Below the pieces are notes generated by a model, which saw only the letters and a program-made list of their open reading frames with translations, had not been told where the DNA came from and made no database searches. From Phoronis australis (Eukaryota > Animalia > Phoronida), in contig NMRA01000007.1 in the NCBI GenBank assembly GCA_002633005.1, positions 502,700-566,699 on the forward strand: 64,000 nt of DNA, read 5' to 3'. This document shows positions 12,270 to 24,748 of this stretch, one piece after another; within the stretch, counting starts at the first letter, position 1, and each line of letters starts with the position of its first letter. Made by a program: the position numbers and the translations under genes.

Positions 12270-12877
12270 AAACTATGCCCATGGGCGTTTATTTGGAAAA
12301 TTGTGCCTACGTCCACTGATCTGGGTGTTTATTTGGTGTTACACTGACTTCAGGTCTCAAGTGTCTAGCCCAGCCCCTCCCCCCCCCCCCCCCCCCCCCC
12401 TTCTTACGAGTAGACTGAGATTCTGACCCAACACGTGCATGTCCTACTGGAGCATACTGAGAGTCCATCACGTTATTAGTATGAGAGGTTCCTCGCGGTA
12501 AGAAGGCACATTTGTCATCTGAGTTGAGGGCGAACGAAAGAAAGCAGATCACATACGNCCCCCCCCCCCTTATGGTATCCCAAATCCGCTTCTCGGTCTA
12601 AATAGTGGGCGTTTATTAGGAAAATGTTCTGTTTAAAAGCCCACTCTGCGTCAACTTTTAGTCACAGATTCAGTTTTCTGTAGCATTTATCATTTATAAA
12701 AACGAAGTTGGCGAACTACGCATTTATCTACATAAACTTTAAAAACAGTTTTAACTGAGTGATGGTCATTATGATATTCTGTTCACACGTCCCCCTTTTC
12801 CGAATAAACGCCCGGGCGTTTATTTACCGTTTTCCGAATACACGCCCATGGGCTTATCTCTGGAAAATCCCGCGGTA
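12270..12877. mobile_element. Remnants of a palindromic pogo/Tc1-mariner-type MITE (TA-CCGT...CGG-TA)
   Basis: GGGCGTTTATT motifs repeat near 12282, 12323 and 12606. There is a palindrome AATAAACGCCCGGGCGTTTATT at about 12803-12824 and a mini-element TACCGTTTTCCGAATA...GGAAAATCCCGCGGTA at 12826-12877. An ambiguous base (n, 12558) lies next to a poly-C tract. Confidence 0.5.
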
Positions 12878-14619
12878 ATGCTCGACTCTTTTTCCTATGT
12901 AGATTTGCTAAATTTTGATAAAAGCACTAATAAAGTCACTAAAATTCCACAGTGAGGTTTTTAATTCTTCAGTAGACGTATACACTTTTACCGAATTAAA
13001 ATTTATAATTTTGAAGGTATTTGCTTAATTACATGCAAACAGAAAATGCGGTGTTTCGATTTGACACAGGATGAATAAATTCGGGAAAACCTGAATCGCT
13101 GATTCTAGAACTCGTTCGTGCTAATAGCTACAGGCAATCACAAACCAAGAAACAGAGGACAACAGAGCAAGTCTACGCAAAGATTGTGAATTGTGTATGG
13201 AATTTGTTATAGCCGGAGTGTAGACAACTATAAAGCGTCGGTATTAGAATGAAGAAGAAAAGTTAATGTACAAGCCCTTTCGCTGAGGGCGTGCAATATC
13301 TGGCATTCACAGCCTAGCGGTAAACCTATAGTAGGCTGGACAAGTGACCTGGTGCAGGCTGTCGACATGTCTCGTTTTAGTTTAATAGTTCACCACCGAT
13401 TACAGAAATCAAGAATTTGTTGATTCACCGGTCTCTGTATTCAGTTATGGACTAAGATTATTTTTATTCGCGGCTGCCTACAGCGGTGTAGGCGTAAGTA
13501 AAGTGGTTCACATACCCAACCTTGAAGTCACTGGATCTCTCAAGAGAAAATAAGAAACAAAAAATTCCTGCCAATAAAAAACACCACAACATACTATTTC
13601 ATTATTTATGTATTTTACCACATGTATACTACATCAATTAACATCAAAGCATCAATAATTCACATTCACTTTACGGCCTCGTTTTGATGTTAAGTACCAA
13701 GGAAGGCAAATGACCTACATGTAGTAAATTCAAGGCTATGTTACGTATTTCATTAAATCAATCGATAAAACTAACTATGGATATATCATTTACTGGAACA
13801 TACAGTACATTTGTGCATAGTAAACACGATGAATAAATATCCAATGAACAGGTGATGCCCAGTTCGTGTTCACTCATACTTGGCATGAGATAAATAAACT
13901 GGCGCATTTGTCAACAGAATCACGAGGCGTATTACATTCTACAATTGCACTTCACATGGTGTATTATCTTAAGACTTACATAATAATCTCGAGACTTTTG
14001 AAGCCTATCACGAAACCTACTACTAAAGCACAACCCACGGCATTTATAGTTCCACTAAGTAACGGAAGTGAAAACCTGGCAAAATGCACCTACAAAATTA
14101 CCACATGGCAATCATAAGCACTTTTACGATTTCCTTCCGATTTCCTGTAGTGATATCCAGACACGCAAGCCAAGTCACAATAAGTCATACGTCACTGGAC
14201 GCAACTGCGCATGCATCGTGCAAAGACAACACGTCTGTAAGGAAGCAAATGTGACGTTGAACATTAAATGTTAACATCAGACAGGTGATTCTTATTATTA
14301 ATAAACCTATAACGCAAATCACTCCCATTACGACTAGATATAAAGAGATTGCTGATAAAAACAATCCATCAGAAACATTGCAGTTGAGCATTACAATTGA
14401 CAAAGCAATAGGGCACAAAAGACATATAGGTGCCAGATAATTAATAAACGTCAGTATGAACATCTCAAGCAGCAAGAAAGATGAAAGTGGCCTGAATGAA
14501 AGCTAGTTTTTCCGACGGAACGCAGGTTTAGTGTCGCTTTACGGTTGGTTTTGGCACTACAACACAACATAGAATGTTTTTATACACAAGACTGATAGCT
14601 GTATCACAATGTCGGAATT

Positions 14620-14863
14620 CATGCCCACACCCAGTCTAAAAATGGGGGCTCGAATTTTTGAGAATGTGGACCTTTTACTTAAAAAAAAATTAAAAAACGA
14701 GGTGCGTTCAGTGCTATGAATTGTGCATTCGCCGAATTTTGATAGTTCCTGCCCTTTTCTACTTTTCCGGACTTTTTGTTTATCTGAGGCAGAACTTTTT
14801 GCCCACTTCGCCAAATGGGGAGGCTCGTTCCAGTCCCCCCAAACCTCCCTGGGTGCGCGCATG
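14620..14863 (+). mobile_element. MITE with CATGCRCGCACCCAG-type TIRs (copy 2)
   Basis: CATGCCCACACCCAG ... CTGGGTGCGCGCATG termini. The interior is closely similar to 9093-9356 and 53443-53675. Flanks are GAATT/GAACA (degenerate TSD). Confidence 0.75.
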
Positions 14864-15792
14864 GAACACAAACACTATGAACGGAAGTTGCCAGTGTTTA
14901 CAACTGAGACCAACAGCTTGTCTAAAAACAGTGCAAATAACTGGGACACTAAAGACATGAACAACACTGTCAACTAATATAAAAACGAACCATCAGTAAA
15001 TCAACAACAATCAACAAAAATGTGAATTGGAAGTTACAAAGGGATGTGCTGTAAACTCCTCAGCAGAACATTCTTTGAATTAATATTTTGATGCTAATTC
15101 AGTCTGTATTAAAATGTAATACCCTTTCATGACAAAGCTATGTGTAATATTAAATTGCCCATGAGCTAATGGCACAACTATGAACAGTCTACAAAACAGC
15201 AAAGATTCCTACATGGGGTTAAATATTTGGCAAAATTAAAAACAACAAAGAATGTTGTTAATTAGATTCAGTTTCATTGACCAAAAGTTAAAAAAGATTG
15301 CTTTTCATTTGATCCCAAGTTTCTACCACTGGAGATTACATGAAGTACAGTGTATAAAATTAATCTCATTTTAAGGTCAACCAGGTACACAATAATAGTC
15401 TAAACTCTACAATATATTGCAATTTCAATTTGCAAAATCTGTTAACTCTGCATAGCAGAGCAGATTTTCATATTTGAAGTTGTTAACAAAATGTAGGTCT
15501 TGAGCCATCCAGGACCTTCATAATACACACTGTGGTCTGGCCGACATCAACCATCAACCAAGAAGACTGGACGTCTCCCAGGTAACTACGAAGAGGTAAT
15601 TATTCAGTCCATCAGACAAGTCTCATTTTCAATTCCATCTAAAGTCGTCGCCGGACGGGCACTTGCTCTAGTACATTTAAACCCATGGACAACTTGTGCA
15701 TACGAGCTGAGCTGCACAAGGTGATACCACCCAGCACTAACGCTGGGGAGTTGAGGTAGGTTGCTTCATCGGTGTCCAGTTGTGCCAGTTAA

Positions 15793-16282
15793 GACTATGT
15801 AGGACTTTATTGAAAAGTTTACGGATTTTGTCAAATATCTAGAAAACTGCAGATTATAACTCAGTATAAGAATATATTTTCTAAAAGTAGAAAGCCTGCA
15901 GATTTTCCCATTTTTACCAATCTGCCATTAATTCGGTCACATTAACATGTGTTTTAATTAGTAAAGTTTAGCACAAAGGTTCATTGATAGCAAAACAGCA
16001 TGACGAATTTTATTTCACATAAATGTTCAAGATGAGATCTCAAAAATGTTGAAACAGTTTTCTAAAACACCATTTTGTTTTTGTTTTAAGCAACCTGGGC
16101 ATTCTGTTCATGAAAATCACTAAGGACCTGTTTAATTTTTAAAATTTAACATATTATTTTGGAGAACACTGCATAACGCACAGAATTTGTAAGTTTCACG
16201 TAAATCCGATCAGCTATTCCAAATTACTAATGTTTTCAGAACTTAACCAAATTTGGACATTTTTCTGGGGTCCTACATAATT
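15793..16282. mobile_element. TTAA-flanked MITE (Kolobok-like); related copy at about 57110-57580
   Basis: TTAA|GACTATGTAGGAC ... GTCCTACATAATT|TTAA. The interior CAGATT.TAACTCAGTA.AAG...TTTCT.AAAGTAGAAAGCCTGCA recurs at about 57121-57171. The superfamily is inferred from the TTAA TSD and RR...YY termini. Confidence 0.65.
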
Positions 16283-16843
16283 TTAAACTTCTCTGTCCAC
16301 ATGGTCATTGCAAACAATCCCCTTGTCACAGACTCATCATGCACAGGAACAAGTGCCCCTGCAGGACATAACCATAATTACAACAGGAAATATCTTCACA
16401 TACCATGTTGCCATAGTTACAACAGGAGATGCTGCAGTTCACATAGTAAATGATGGTAATTATACCAGCCAAACAAGCCTCTTGTGTGCTGGCCAGTAGA
16501 AGGTAAAATCTCCACAACTCAGGATGCAATTTGGTGAACAAGTGAAGTTTCATTTTTTTCATTTTTCAATAAAGATGTGTAGCTACAAATCTGATGCTAC
16601 TTCACATGAACAATAGCTACCACAAGACATTTTGAAAATTCATGAGCATCCACAACAATGCTGATACCCCTTGAAGAATGAAAAAGGGCGATATTGACAA
16701 TTTTCGTTGTCCAAAACTGAACAGCTTTTACCATAATCCTAAAACCTTACAAAACAACACAGAGTAGAGAACTCACACAAGCACCGATGAAACTAATATT
16801 GATATGTTTCCACAAACATGTGACGAGGGTATACTAAGAGGTG

Positions 16844-18826
16844 TCACTCAAACTCCTTGCCATCGTTATCAAATGTTATGAAATCTGAATTAGAAAGGTC
16901 TATGATAGCTGGTGGGGTGTTCAGGCTTTCAAAGCCATCAAATTCGCAATCAATATCCTCACTATTTTGAGATTTCAAATCCTCATTGCAACTGTTAGTC
17001 AATCCAGTATTGCCTAAAGCTGGGCATGGCTTGCTTTGTACGTTAACCGACTGGCTTTCAAGTGGAGAAGAGCCCTCAACAGAGGTCAGCACTTGACTTT
17101 GAGAATCAACAGTAGCTTTTTCTGCACAGTCAAAATCTGGGAGAGCAAGCAATTTAGCCTCCAAGTTCTCTGGATTAGGAACACGAAATTTGTTATCTTC
17201 TGATTGTTCCCCTGTGCCACTGATTTGGATAGCTGTATCAGAAGGTGTGTTAATCTCCTTCTTCAATGGACTAGAGACAGAAGTCACTCTTGTAGACACC
17301 TCCCCATGATTATTTGATCGAACATCCGGTTGAAATGATTCAGCACAGGTATCATTGGTGGCATTTAATGATTTCTCATTCATCAACACATTATCAGAAT
17401 GAAAGCCAGTGACACTAACCGAGCTGTTCGCGAAGGATAGGTCATCAGAATGTGAATTATCTCCACTTGACGACTGTGAAACAGGAGAAGCGTCATTACA
17501 AACCATATTTGGAATTGTCTCCCTCTCTTCGTCACCACCTTCACACTTCACGGCATCTCTACTGGATGTGTCCACAGTGAGATCCATAGCCTGCATGACG
17601 TCACCATTGAACCTTGGTACCATGGTGCTGGAATGACCAGGTAACAAGACGCCATTGGGTGGAGGGTGTGTCTGCATCATCGAGTTGGACAACATTTGTG
17701 CCATGGCAGCATAGTTTGCGACAGGATTGAAAGGAAAGAGAGCACCAGAATAAGCCGCCGTGAAGGCGTTGGCAGCTAGCATCCTACGAGTGTTCATTAA
17801 GATCAACATCTGGTGTAGACTCTCCATGTTCTGGTGTCCGACACCATTGATTGCACCAGTAAGACCGTTTGTACTCTGACCTTGCTGATGACGAATTTTA
17901 TGGGTGACCAACTCCACCCTATTGGGAAAGGTCTCTCGACAAATCTCACAAGTCAACGGGTTAGTGGTCGTAGCAGTAGTCATTCTGTTGGAGCCATTCA
18001 TCACGGTGGCAATGTCGGCATTAATGTTGGCAATGGCCGACGGATCAAGCAACGGGTTACTGGGCATGTTCAACAAACGACTGTTGGTGTACAGTTCGGG
18101 ATGCTGCTTGCGCCGATGGGCGCAAAGACCACTCTGCCACGAAAACACTTTCCCACATGTCAAGCACTTGTGTTTCTTAGTTGGGCGTGGTGGATAAGCA
18201 CTGCTCTTAGTCACACTGCCATTAGACTCTCTTGTGCCGCTCGTTTCACTCCCTGTTTGGTGGTAATTCTTCCTGTGAGCACACAGCCCGCTCAACCAAG
18301 AGAAAGATTTTCCACATAATTCACACGTGTAAGTGTTGGGCGTTGGCGAAGTATGGATTTTCCTGTGAGCGCACAGAGAACTCTGATAGAAGAAGACTTT
18401 GCCACATATGTTGCAGTCATACAAATTGGCAATAGAATGCGTTTTGCGATGAGCACAGAGCGCACTCTGGTAATAGAATTCACAATGGCACAGGTCACAT
18501 TTAAACTGTTTATTGCCCAAGTGAGTTTTCTTATGAGCTATAAGAGCTGAATGATAAGAGTACAGCTTGCCACAAATGTTGCATGGGAAACATTTCTCGG
18601 TCTCATGCTCTCGTCTGTGCATTCTCAAAGTCAGTTTATCGGCAAACTGGCGCCCGCAAATTCTGCACTCGTGCGCTCGGTTACCACCGTGGATAACAAG
18701 ACCACCCAAGTCGGAGGAGGCAAGCTCATGCTTGGGAACCACAACCTGTAAATCAGTGTCAGGGCAGACAGGAACGTCAGCCTCACTAACAGAAGGCTCG
18801 CTCTTGACTTCCATATCCACTTGCAT
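16844..18826 (-). CDS. C2H2 zinc-finger protein (7 fingers), 660 aa, single coding exon
   Basis: Long ORF with seven CxxC-12-HxxxH/HxxxxH motifs, including one TGEKPF-like linker (HLGNKQFKC). The first ATG is at 18826; the ORF track uses TTG 18835 and an in-frame TAG lies just upstream. A splice acceptor TTTTAG precedes 18858. The C-terminal half is Ser/acidic with DL(S/T) motifs (AMDLT, IIDLS) resembling CtBP-binding PxDLS. Confidence 0.92.
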   Translation of the reverse strand: MQVDMEVKSEPSVSEADVPVCPDTDLQVVVPKHELASSDLGGLVIHGGNRAHECRICGRQFADKLTLRMHRREHETEKCFPCNICGKLYSYHSALIAHKKTHLGNKQFKCDLCHCEFYYQSALCAHRKTHSIANLYDCNICGKVFFYQSSLCAHRKIHTSPTPNTYTCELCGKSFSWLSGLCAHRKNYHQTGSETSGTRESNGSVTKSSAYPPRPTKKHKCLTCGKVFSWQSGLCAHRRKQHPELYTNSRLLNMPSNPLLDPSAIANINADIATVMNGSNRMTTATTTNPLTCEICRETFPNRVELVTHKIRHQQGQSTNGLTGAINGVGHQNMESLHQMLILMNTRRMLAANAFTAAYSGALFPFNPVANYAAMAQMLSNSMMQTHPPPNGVLLPGHSSTMVPRFNGDVMQAMDLTVDTSSRDAVKCEGGDEERETIPNMVCNDASPVSQSSSGDNSHSDDLSFANSSVSVTGFHSDNVLMNEKSLNATNDTCAESFQPDVRSNNHGEVSTRVTSVSSPLKKEINTPSDTAIQISGTGEQSEDNKFRVPNPENLEAKLLALPDFDCAEKATVDSQSQVLTSVEGSSPLESQSVNVQSKPCPALGNTGLTNSCNEDLKSQNSEDIDCEFDGFESLNTPPAIIDLSNSDFITFDNDGKEFE

Positions 18827-19667
18827 TGTTTCCAACTTCTACACAACTCGCTCTGCAGCTAAAATGAACGATAATAAATGCTCAGTAGCGCGAAATCTCA
18901 CCAGTTTAGGACAAAATTGAGTGGACAAATACAGTGGTACATTTGTGCTTTACCATTTTTAAGTTTGGCACTGTAGCTACCACCAGAAAACAATTTGAAA
19001 ATTACAGAAATACACAACAATGTTAGAATCTCTTGGAGCTGGCAATTATTTTTGTAAAAAAATGAGATATTTCAATGTACTTAACAGTGATACATAAATG
19101 AGTCGGGAGAGTCAAAAAAGACTATGGTCACAACGAAATACTCTTTTCAATGAGTCATCAGGACATACACTACAAACCAGTTGATGAATGTTGACTCAAA
19201 AATTCCGTGTTATTATCCAAAGTTTTTGGATGGTCAGAACAACTGAGTGTAAATTCAGTCAAAAAACTCAATGTATATAATGTAAATGATACAAGTTCCA
19301 TCTTGAAACGTTTGTTACGAGTAATCAAGAGGACATGTTTTCAACAAAGGCATCTGACTAATTCAGACTTTAAACTTTGAAAAATATTGTAATTACATCC
19401 AACTTAGAAGTGGGCTGGGCGTTCGTACTTTTGTAAATATCCCTGTGGCGGTGAAATTGAGACCACAACTATACTTCCAGCAGCTTCGATTATGGACAGT
19501 TCCTATATTACATATAGCGTATGAGAGGCACGTCCAAAAACCCAAGATAAGCTCTCACGACCCGTAACAATAATGACGGGGGCCGTGTTTTGGCGTGTTA
19601 GAGACCGAATCTGATCCCGTCAACTCCAGGTCTTTTGCCGAATAAAGAGGTCGTAACTCACACTTAC

Positions 19668-20010
19668 CATGAAGTCTTCGAAGATGAAAGTCTCTTGAAT
19701 TTACTTGTGTAATGGTCGCGTTTTCTCCAACGCTGATGAAAACTGTGCAAAGCCAACAACATAAAAGCAATTAACCCACCAAATGGTTCTTTGTGCAGCG
19801 GAATTACCGGAAATGCAATAATTTGGTTTCTTATAAGAGAGAGTCGATCAGGGGAGATAAAAGAGAAAGCAAACGCGAGTTTTGACATAATCGGATGCAT
19901 ACGCGCCGTACGGTACTCTTCGAAATATTGCGTCTTTTCACAAAAATTCATTTGCTCAAGGTGCGGGCTCCTTAGCTGATTCATCAGCCTAGCCATTTTG
20001 CTAGTCTAGG
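19668..20010 (-). other. Probable first (5') exon and promoter-proximal region of the zinc-finger gene
   Basis: Strong donor ATG|GTAAGT at 19668/19667. A YY1/Kozak-like CAAAATGGC lies at about 19992-20000, with CpG-richer sequence at about 20040-20140. The transcription start is not determined. Confidence 0.5.
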
Positions 20011-20802
20011 CTGATGGTCTTCACGTGTACTTTACCAACCCACAGTAGGCGAATGTATAGTGCCCGAAAGAAAGATTGATCGAACCCCCGCGGCTGCCGC
20101 CCGCAGATGATCTCACCCGAAAAATGAGTCGAGACAGCCTACCTGTCAATAAAGTTAGTCCTTTTTATATGTTCTTTGATCCTTTACTCTTACAATTAAG
20201 TTAGATTCAATCCTTGTCCATTGCAATTTACTTGACCATATGCTAATTAGGCCTGACGCCTACACGCGATAAGCCTACGCCGTTTTTACTGACGAGGACA
20301 TGGCTCGGCTAAACTGAAAGGAATATGATTGAAGTTTTGGCAATGTCACTATTCAATCTATAATTGACAGGTAACCGTTTCCACACACATTGTTTAGAAT
20401 GCCTTTAATTATTTTGAATCAATTCACGAGAGCCGAGCGGCCATGGCCCCCCTAAAATTCTCTCCATCAGATGTCGGAGAATGTCAACGAATTCCTCCTA
20501 AGGAACGTTAGTAAATTTTTATGTAAATCCTACCGTTTATCTATATTGTTGCATCTGATTTCCATACATGAATCTGTACATATTTTTGTTTTTATATATG
20601 TGTAATAGCATAAAGTATTGGAATATTTATATTAGACTGACTAGGCTACTTCAAGTAATTGTGTATACCTCTAATGTATCAATAGTTTCATTTATGAATT
20701 GTTTACAACCCAGATATAATGCTTCGCGATTTCTGGGTTTGTTCGTATTATTTATTTGTATGTTCTGTGTATTCTTCAAAAAATACACTTTAAAAAAATG
20801 AT

Positions 20803-21057
20803 ATCGGAGTTGCGAGTTCGCCTGCAACCGTGAGTAGCGGGGCCCGATTCGCGGGATGCGCGCAGGCGGGACCCATGCACGGGGTTCGGGGGCGAATGGA
20901 CAATGCATATAGGTCTTGAACAAACTCCGTTTACCCTTTTTTAGTAATGAGGACCACAAACCCGAAAATTCGAGACCTCGGCGGCCCTGCATGCATCAGT
21001 CCTCGCGATAGTTTGGCTGGGCGCGGCGCATCATAAGTGGCGAACTGAAATTCTGGT
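20803..21057. mobile_element. GC-rich MITE-like element
   Basis: Imperfect terminal inverted repeats ATCGGAGTTGCGAGTTCGCC ... GGCGAACTGAAATTCTGGT bound a GC-rich island in AT-rich DNA. Confidence 0.4.
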
Positions 21058-24000
21058 TATTCCCGGTGTGCCCTGCCTCACCAATGAACTTTCAGAATGA
21101 ATCGTAATAAATTCTATAGTTTCGGAGATATTTAACTGAACTGCGCTGACAAACTTAAATTGTCAACAAAATATCCCTGCTCGTGTCTCAGCTAGCCCAC
21201 GCGACATGGGACTCAATGAACTGATTCTTTACCACTGAGGCAAATGATTTTGAATCCCGATCCCGGCTGCAACTGAAAGAATTAATAAGTCTGAGTCTCA
21301 ACAGCTAGTAATTACTCGATCGAAGTGTTGGATGCTGGCCTATCCGATATTCCAAGCCATCATGATGGGTGCGACTACAAAGGAACAAGTTGAAATTAAT
21401 TTCGTAACGGCCGGTCACGGTCATCGGGGCGAGTCCGGCACGACAATTGTGTTTGTGCCGTCCGGAATGCGGATTTAATGTCCACGGAGTGAATTAAGCA
21501 ATGTTACATCACCATAATGCCGCATTCGTGCATTAAAATTGTTCCTTGAACTCCAAGAGAAGTCTCTTGAAAATCCCAGGAGCTGTCCCCGTGAACTGGC
21601 CTGTAGCTACTTAGATCCCAACCTCTCAGTCATCAACTCTCGGCTGAATGGGGGTGTCACGGTGGCTCCATATATAGTCATGCCAGATTTTCTGTTGATG
21701 CCGTTCTCATCGATTAATTTAATTACCGGTACCGTAGACCAATGTTGGAAACGCATTAAATGATATGATTGTCTCAGTGCGGTTTTATAAAACCCGAGAT
21801 GGGAGTTCGCGACTATTTTTTTTGACTGGGCCAGTGGAGCAGTTGAAATTCCCCCGCCCGGCGGGGCGCCAAGATGACACTACTATAGTCCGGCACGGAG
21901 TCGGACTCGGAAAAGTCCGTGGAGCGCGGATCTGTAGAGAACTTCCATTAAGAAGTCGATGAGATTGCACTCGAAAAAGAGCAACAGAAGTTTTTAAAAT
22001 ATAAATAAAAAGTATTATAGATCCATCTAGATTTTTGTACTGCAAAAGATCGAAGCACGCGCGCGTTTTGCCCAATTTTCCAACTCCCGATTGTGGGGAG
22101 TGTCCGGACTGGCACGCTTTGTTCGCAGGGAAACTGGTCGTTGAAAAAGTCATCCTTAATAAGAGGTATACATGACATGAGTTCCCCCAAGAAGTCACCG
22201 CCACGTACGGCATTGGTACTTCAATAGTGCCGGTGGGCTCATTAGCGGCATAGTCCCCGTTTTCCTGTTAAACAAACCCCACTAAATTCAACACTATCAG
22301 GGTGCTAATCAAAGCAGTTTCGAACTAAAAGTATGCAGGCATCGTCATGGCCACGATATCTCCACTGCTATCCACAGCGCCGTCTTTTACCAAAATGCCC
22401 ATTTTTTCTCAGCAAAGAACTGTCTCGCTTTTTCCTGGTAAGGCTGTATATCTCTTGCACTGTTTTCAGTGCCACGTGGCCTACAGTTGTACTTGAGGGT
22501 GTAAAATATGTATTTTACTTGCTTGCGAAACTTTATTATTCGACATATAATCCCGCGCAGACCCTGACATTAGTACTCACAAGTATACAGTTTTGGGCGC
22601 CTGTGCCCGGTTGTCATGAAACAACTCCCAACAGGGACTCGATTGACTCCATCAATCTTTATAGTTTGAGTACTCACAGATGCAATCAATTGCTATCGTT
22701 TTATCTTTAATGAGCTCCTCTTCGACTAATGGCATTTTCTAATAAAATAGTATATCTGAGCCCTTAGTTCAATGAAACTAAATAGAGACTTACTCATTGA
22801 ACTGGTGGCGTTACAAGTGAAAAGGCCTGCTTAATTATTATCAATAACATCTGAGAATTCAACGTAGAATTGAAATAGATTTGTATCTTTGACAAAAATG
22901 GCTCGGTATAAAAGGAAAATCAATGTTCATAAGTCCATGCCCCCCCCCCCCGTAAACTTACTGCCAGATTCTATTTGGCAATTCGGGGGTGCGAATGTCT
23001 GACGGGCAAAATCCTGGCTAATACTCTGCCCTGGTCTTCCCTAACTCAGAATCCTGGATTCTATTTGTGATATTTTCCGATGAAGTGCCTAGAGGAGGCG
23101 CCACTCTACTACTACGCACAATCCTGTTTCTAGTGAGTAGTCGCCAAAGTGCGACGCAACAGACAGCTAGGCTAGACCAGAGACCGTAGCGTCTTTGGCG
23201 GAACCTATCTTCAGTTTCAGGCTCGTCGTTGGTCATAGAAATGACGTCGCGAGAGTAACTGGATGGCCCTCTCAATAACGACACGTCAATTGGTGAACTG
23301 AAGTTATGAATTTTCTACTTTTTCAAAGCAATTAATATCCGTGAAAATTAATCGACATGAGAAAAGACAGACAATCTAAACCTATATTTCCTACTTTTAA
23401 TGCATCGCATTAAAAAATTAACTCTATTTGAAAGCACTGAATGAGGGTGATCAAAAACAAAATACGGCGGCTGGCAGACGCACACTGAGACGCAAAATTA
23501 TTCAATTGTTGACTTTATGAAAAGCGTCGGGGCTCAGGTTGAAACTACATATATTTATCAACGGAATATATATAGTGGACTGAAATTTGCATAATATACA
23601 CGTCACGTTTCACTTTACTAGCATGAATTACTAATGTGATGCTCCTGGCAGGGCGTGCGTTTGGAAGACGGGACATCGCTTGGTGATGACAATAATGATC
23701 AGATACGGAACCAACTGACTCAGCTGCTGGCAGACTGAAACGTGAATGGGCTCTGTTTTCGGGAACTGATTCTCATTGACACAGTCAGAACAATGAGAAA
23801 TTATTTTTTGCTCCAAAAAGTACGAGTCTATGGGCGGTAAACCAGGTCACAATCTGGTCGCATAGAGATCGGTAGATTGATTAATTACCGTCTCCAGTGT
23901 TGTTATAATAAATATAAAAACAAGCATTTATCGGGCGTCTGATGCACGCCCAAGGTACGACATTCATGCGATCTGTATTCATATCCAATAAAGAAAGCAA

Positions 24001-24598
24001 CAAAGGAAAACAATAGGTCCCACAGGAGATAATCGTGAGAAGTTCGGAACGAATATAAAACCCGTGAGCGTACAAATAAGAGATGTGTGAGTGAACTGTT
24101 TGCGGAAGTTCCAGGTATTACCAGCCGAGAGGAGGGCCTTCGAGTTCCAACTTTAAGTTGCTGGACCTTAGCAATTCCACGATTAATTAAAGAAGTAGTT
24201 TTGTATTGTCATGATCTTTGATCCAGGCATCCTCAAACCGCGTGATCCAATTGCACGTTCTAACAATAATCGCTGGAATTTAATCGGTGTCTCCAGAAAA
24301 GTCTCAGGCAATCACATGTTAATGACGTCATCGTGCCTTGTGAAAAAAATAAAATCTAGAAACTTAAAGACCTTCTCCAGATAGTTTCGATTACAACTGA
24401 TTCAAAAACAATAGATAATGAAAAGGGTTCGGAACAACCTGAAAATTACTGTAAACTCATATTCTGTGATCAAAAATCAGTTTTAGACCACTCACAATGT
24501 GAAACTGATTTCACATTTTTTTCCTTATTACTCAAATTATAGGTGACATCTGGGCCTGGCTGAAAAGAACCGATAATTCGTTATTCCTTTGATACCAA

Positions 24599-24748
24599 GG
24601 CTCAGTTGCATAAAAGTTATACGCTGCATAGCACCAATGACGTAGCATTATCACGCGCCGCGTTTTTATTGTTGAACAATGCACCTAACGTCATGTAACC
24701 ATCAAATTTATCCAACGGGTAATTTTGTAGTTTTATTTAACCTAGCCC
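24599..24748. mobile_element. ~150-bp MITE (Harbinger/Tourist-like GG...CC ends); second copy 36570-36713
   Basis: CAGTTGCATAAAAGTTA.ACG.TGCATA.CA.CAATGACGT.GCAT.ATCACGCGCC.CG.T.TTATTGTTGAACAATGCAC is shared by both copies, with imperfect TIRs. Confidence 0.65.

Noticed and set aside
12370-12570. Poly-Pro/poly-Gly ORFs and poly-C tracts
   Set aside because: Homopolymer tracts within repeat remnants; an ambiguous base at 12558 suggests local sequence uncertainty.
17409-18920. Several + strand and alternative-frame ORFs
   Set aside because: Shadows of the zinc-finger CDS.
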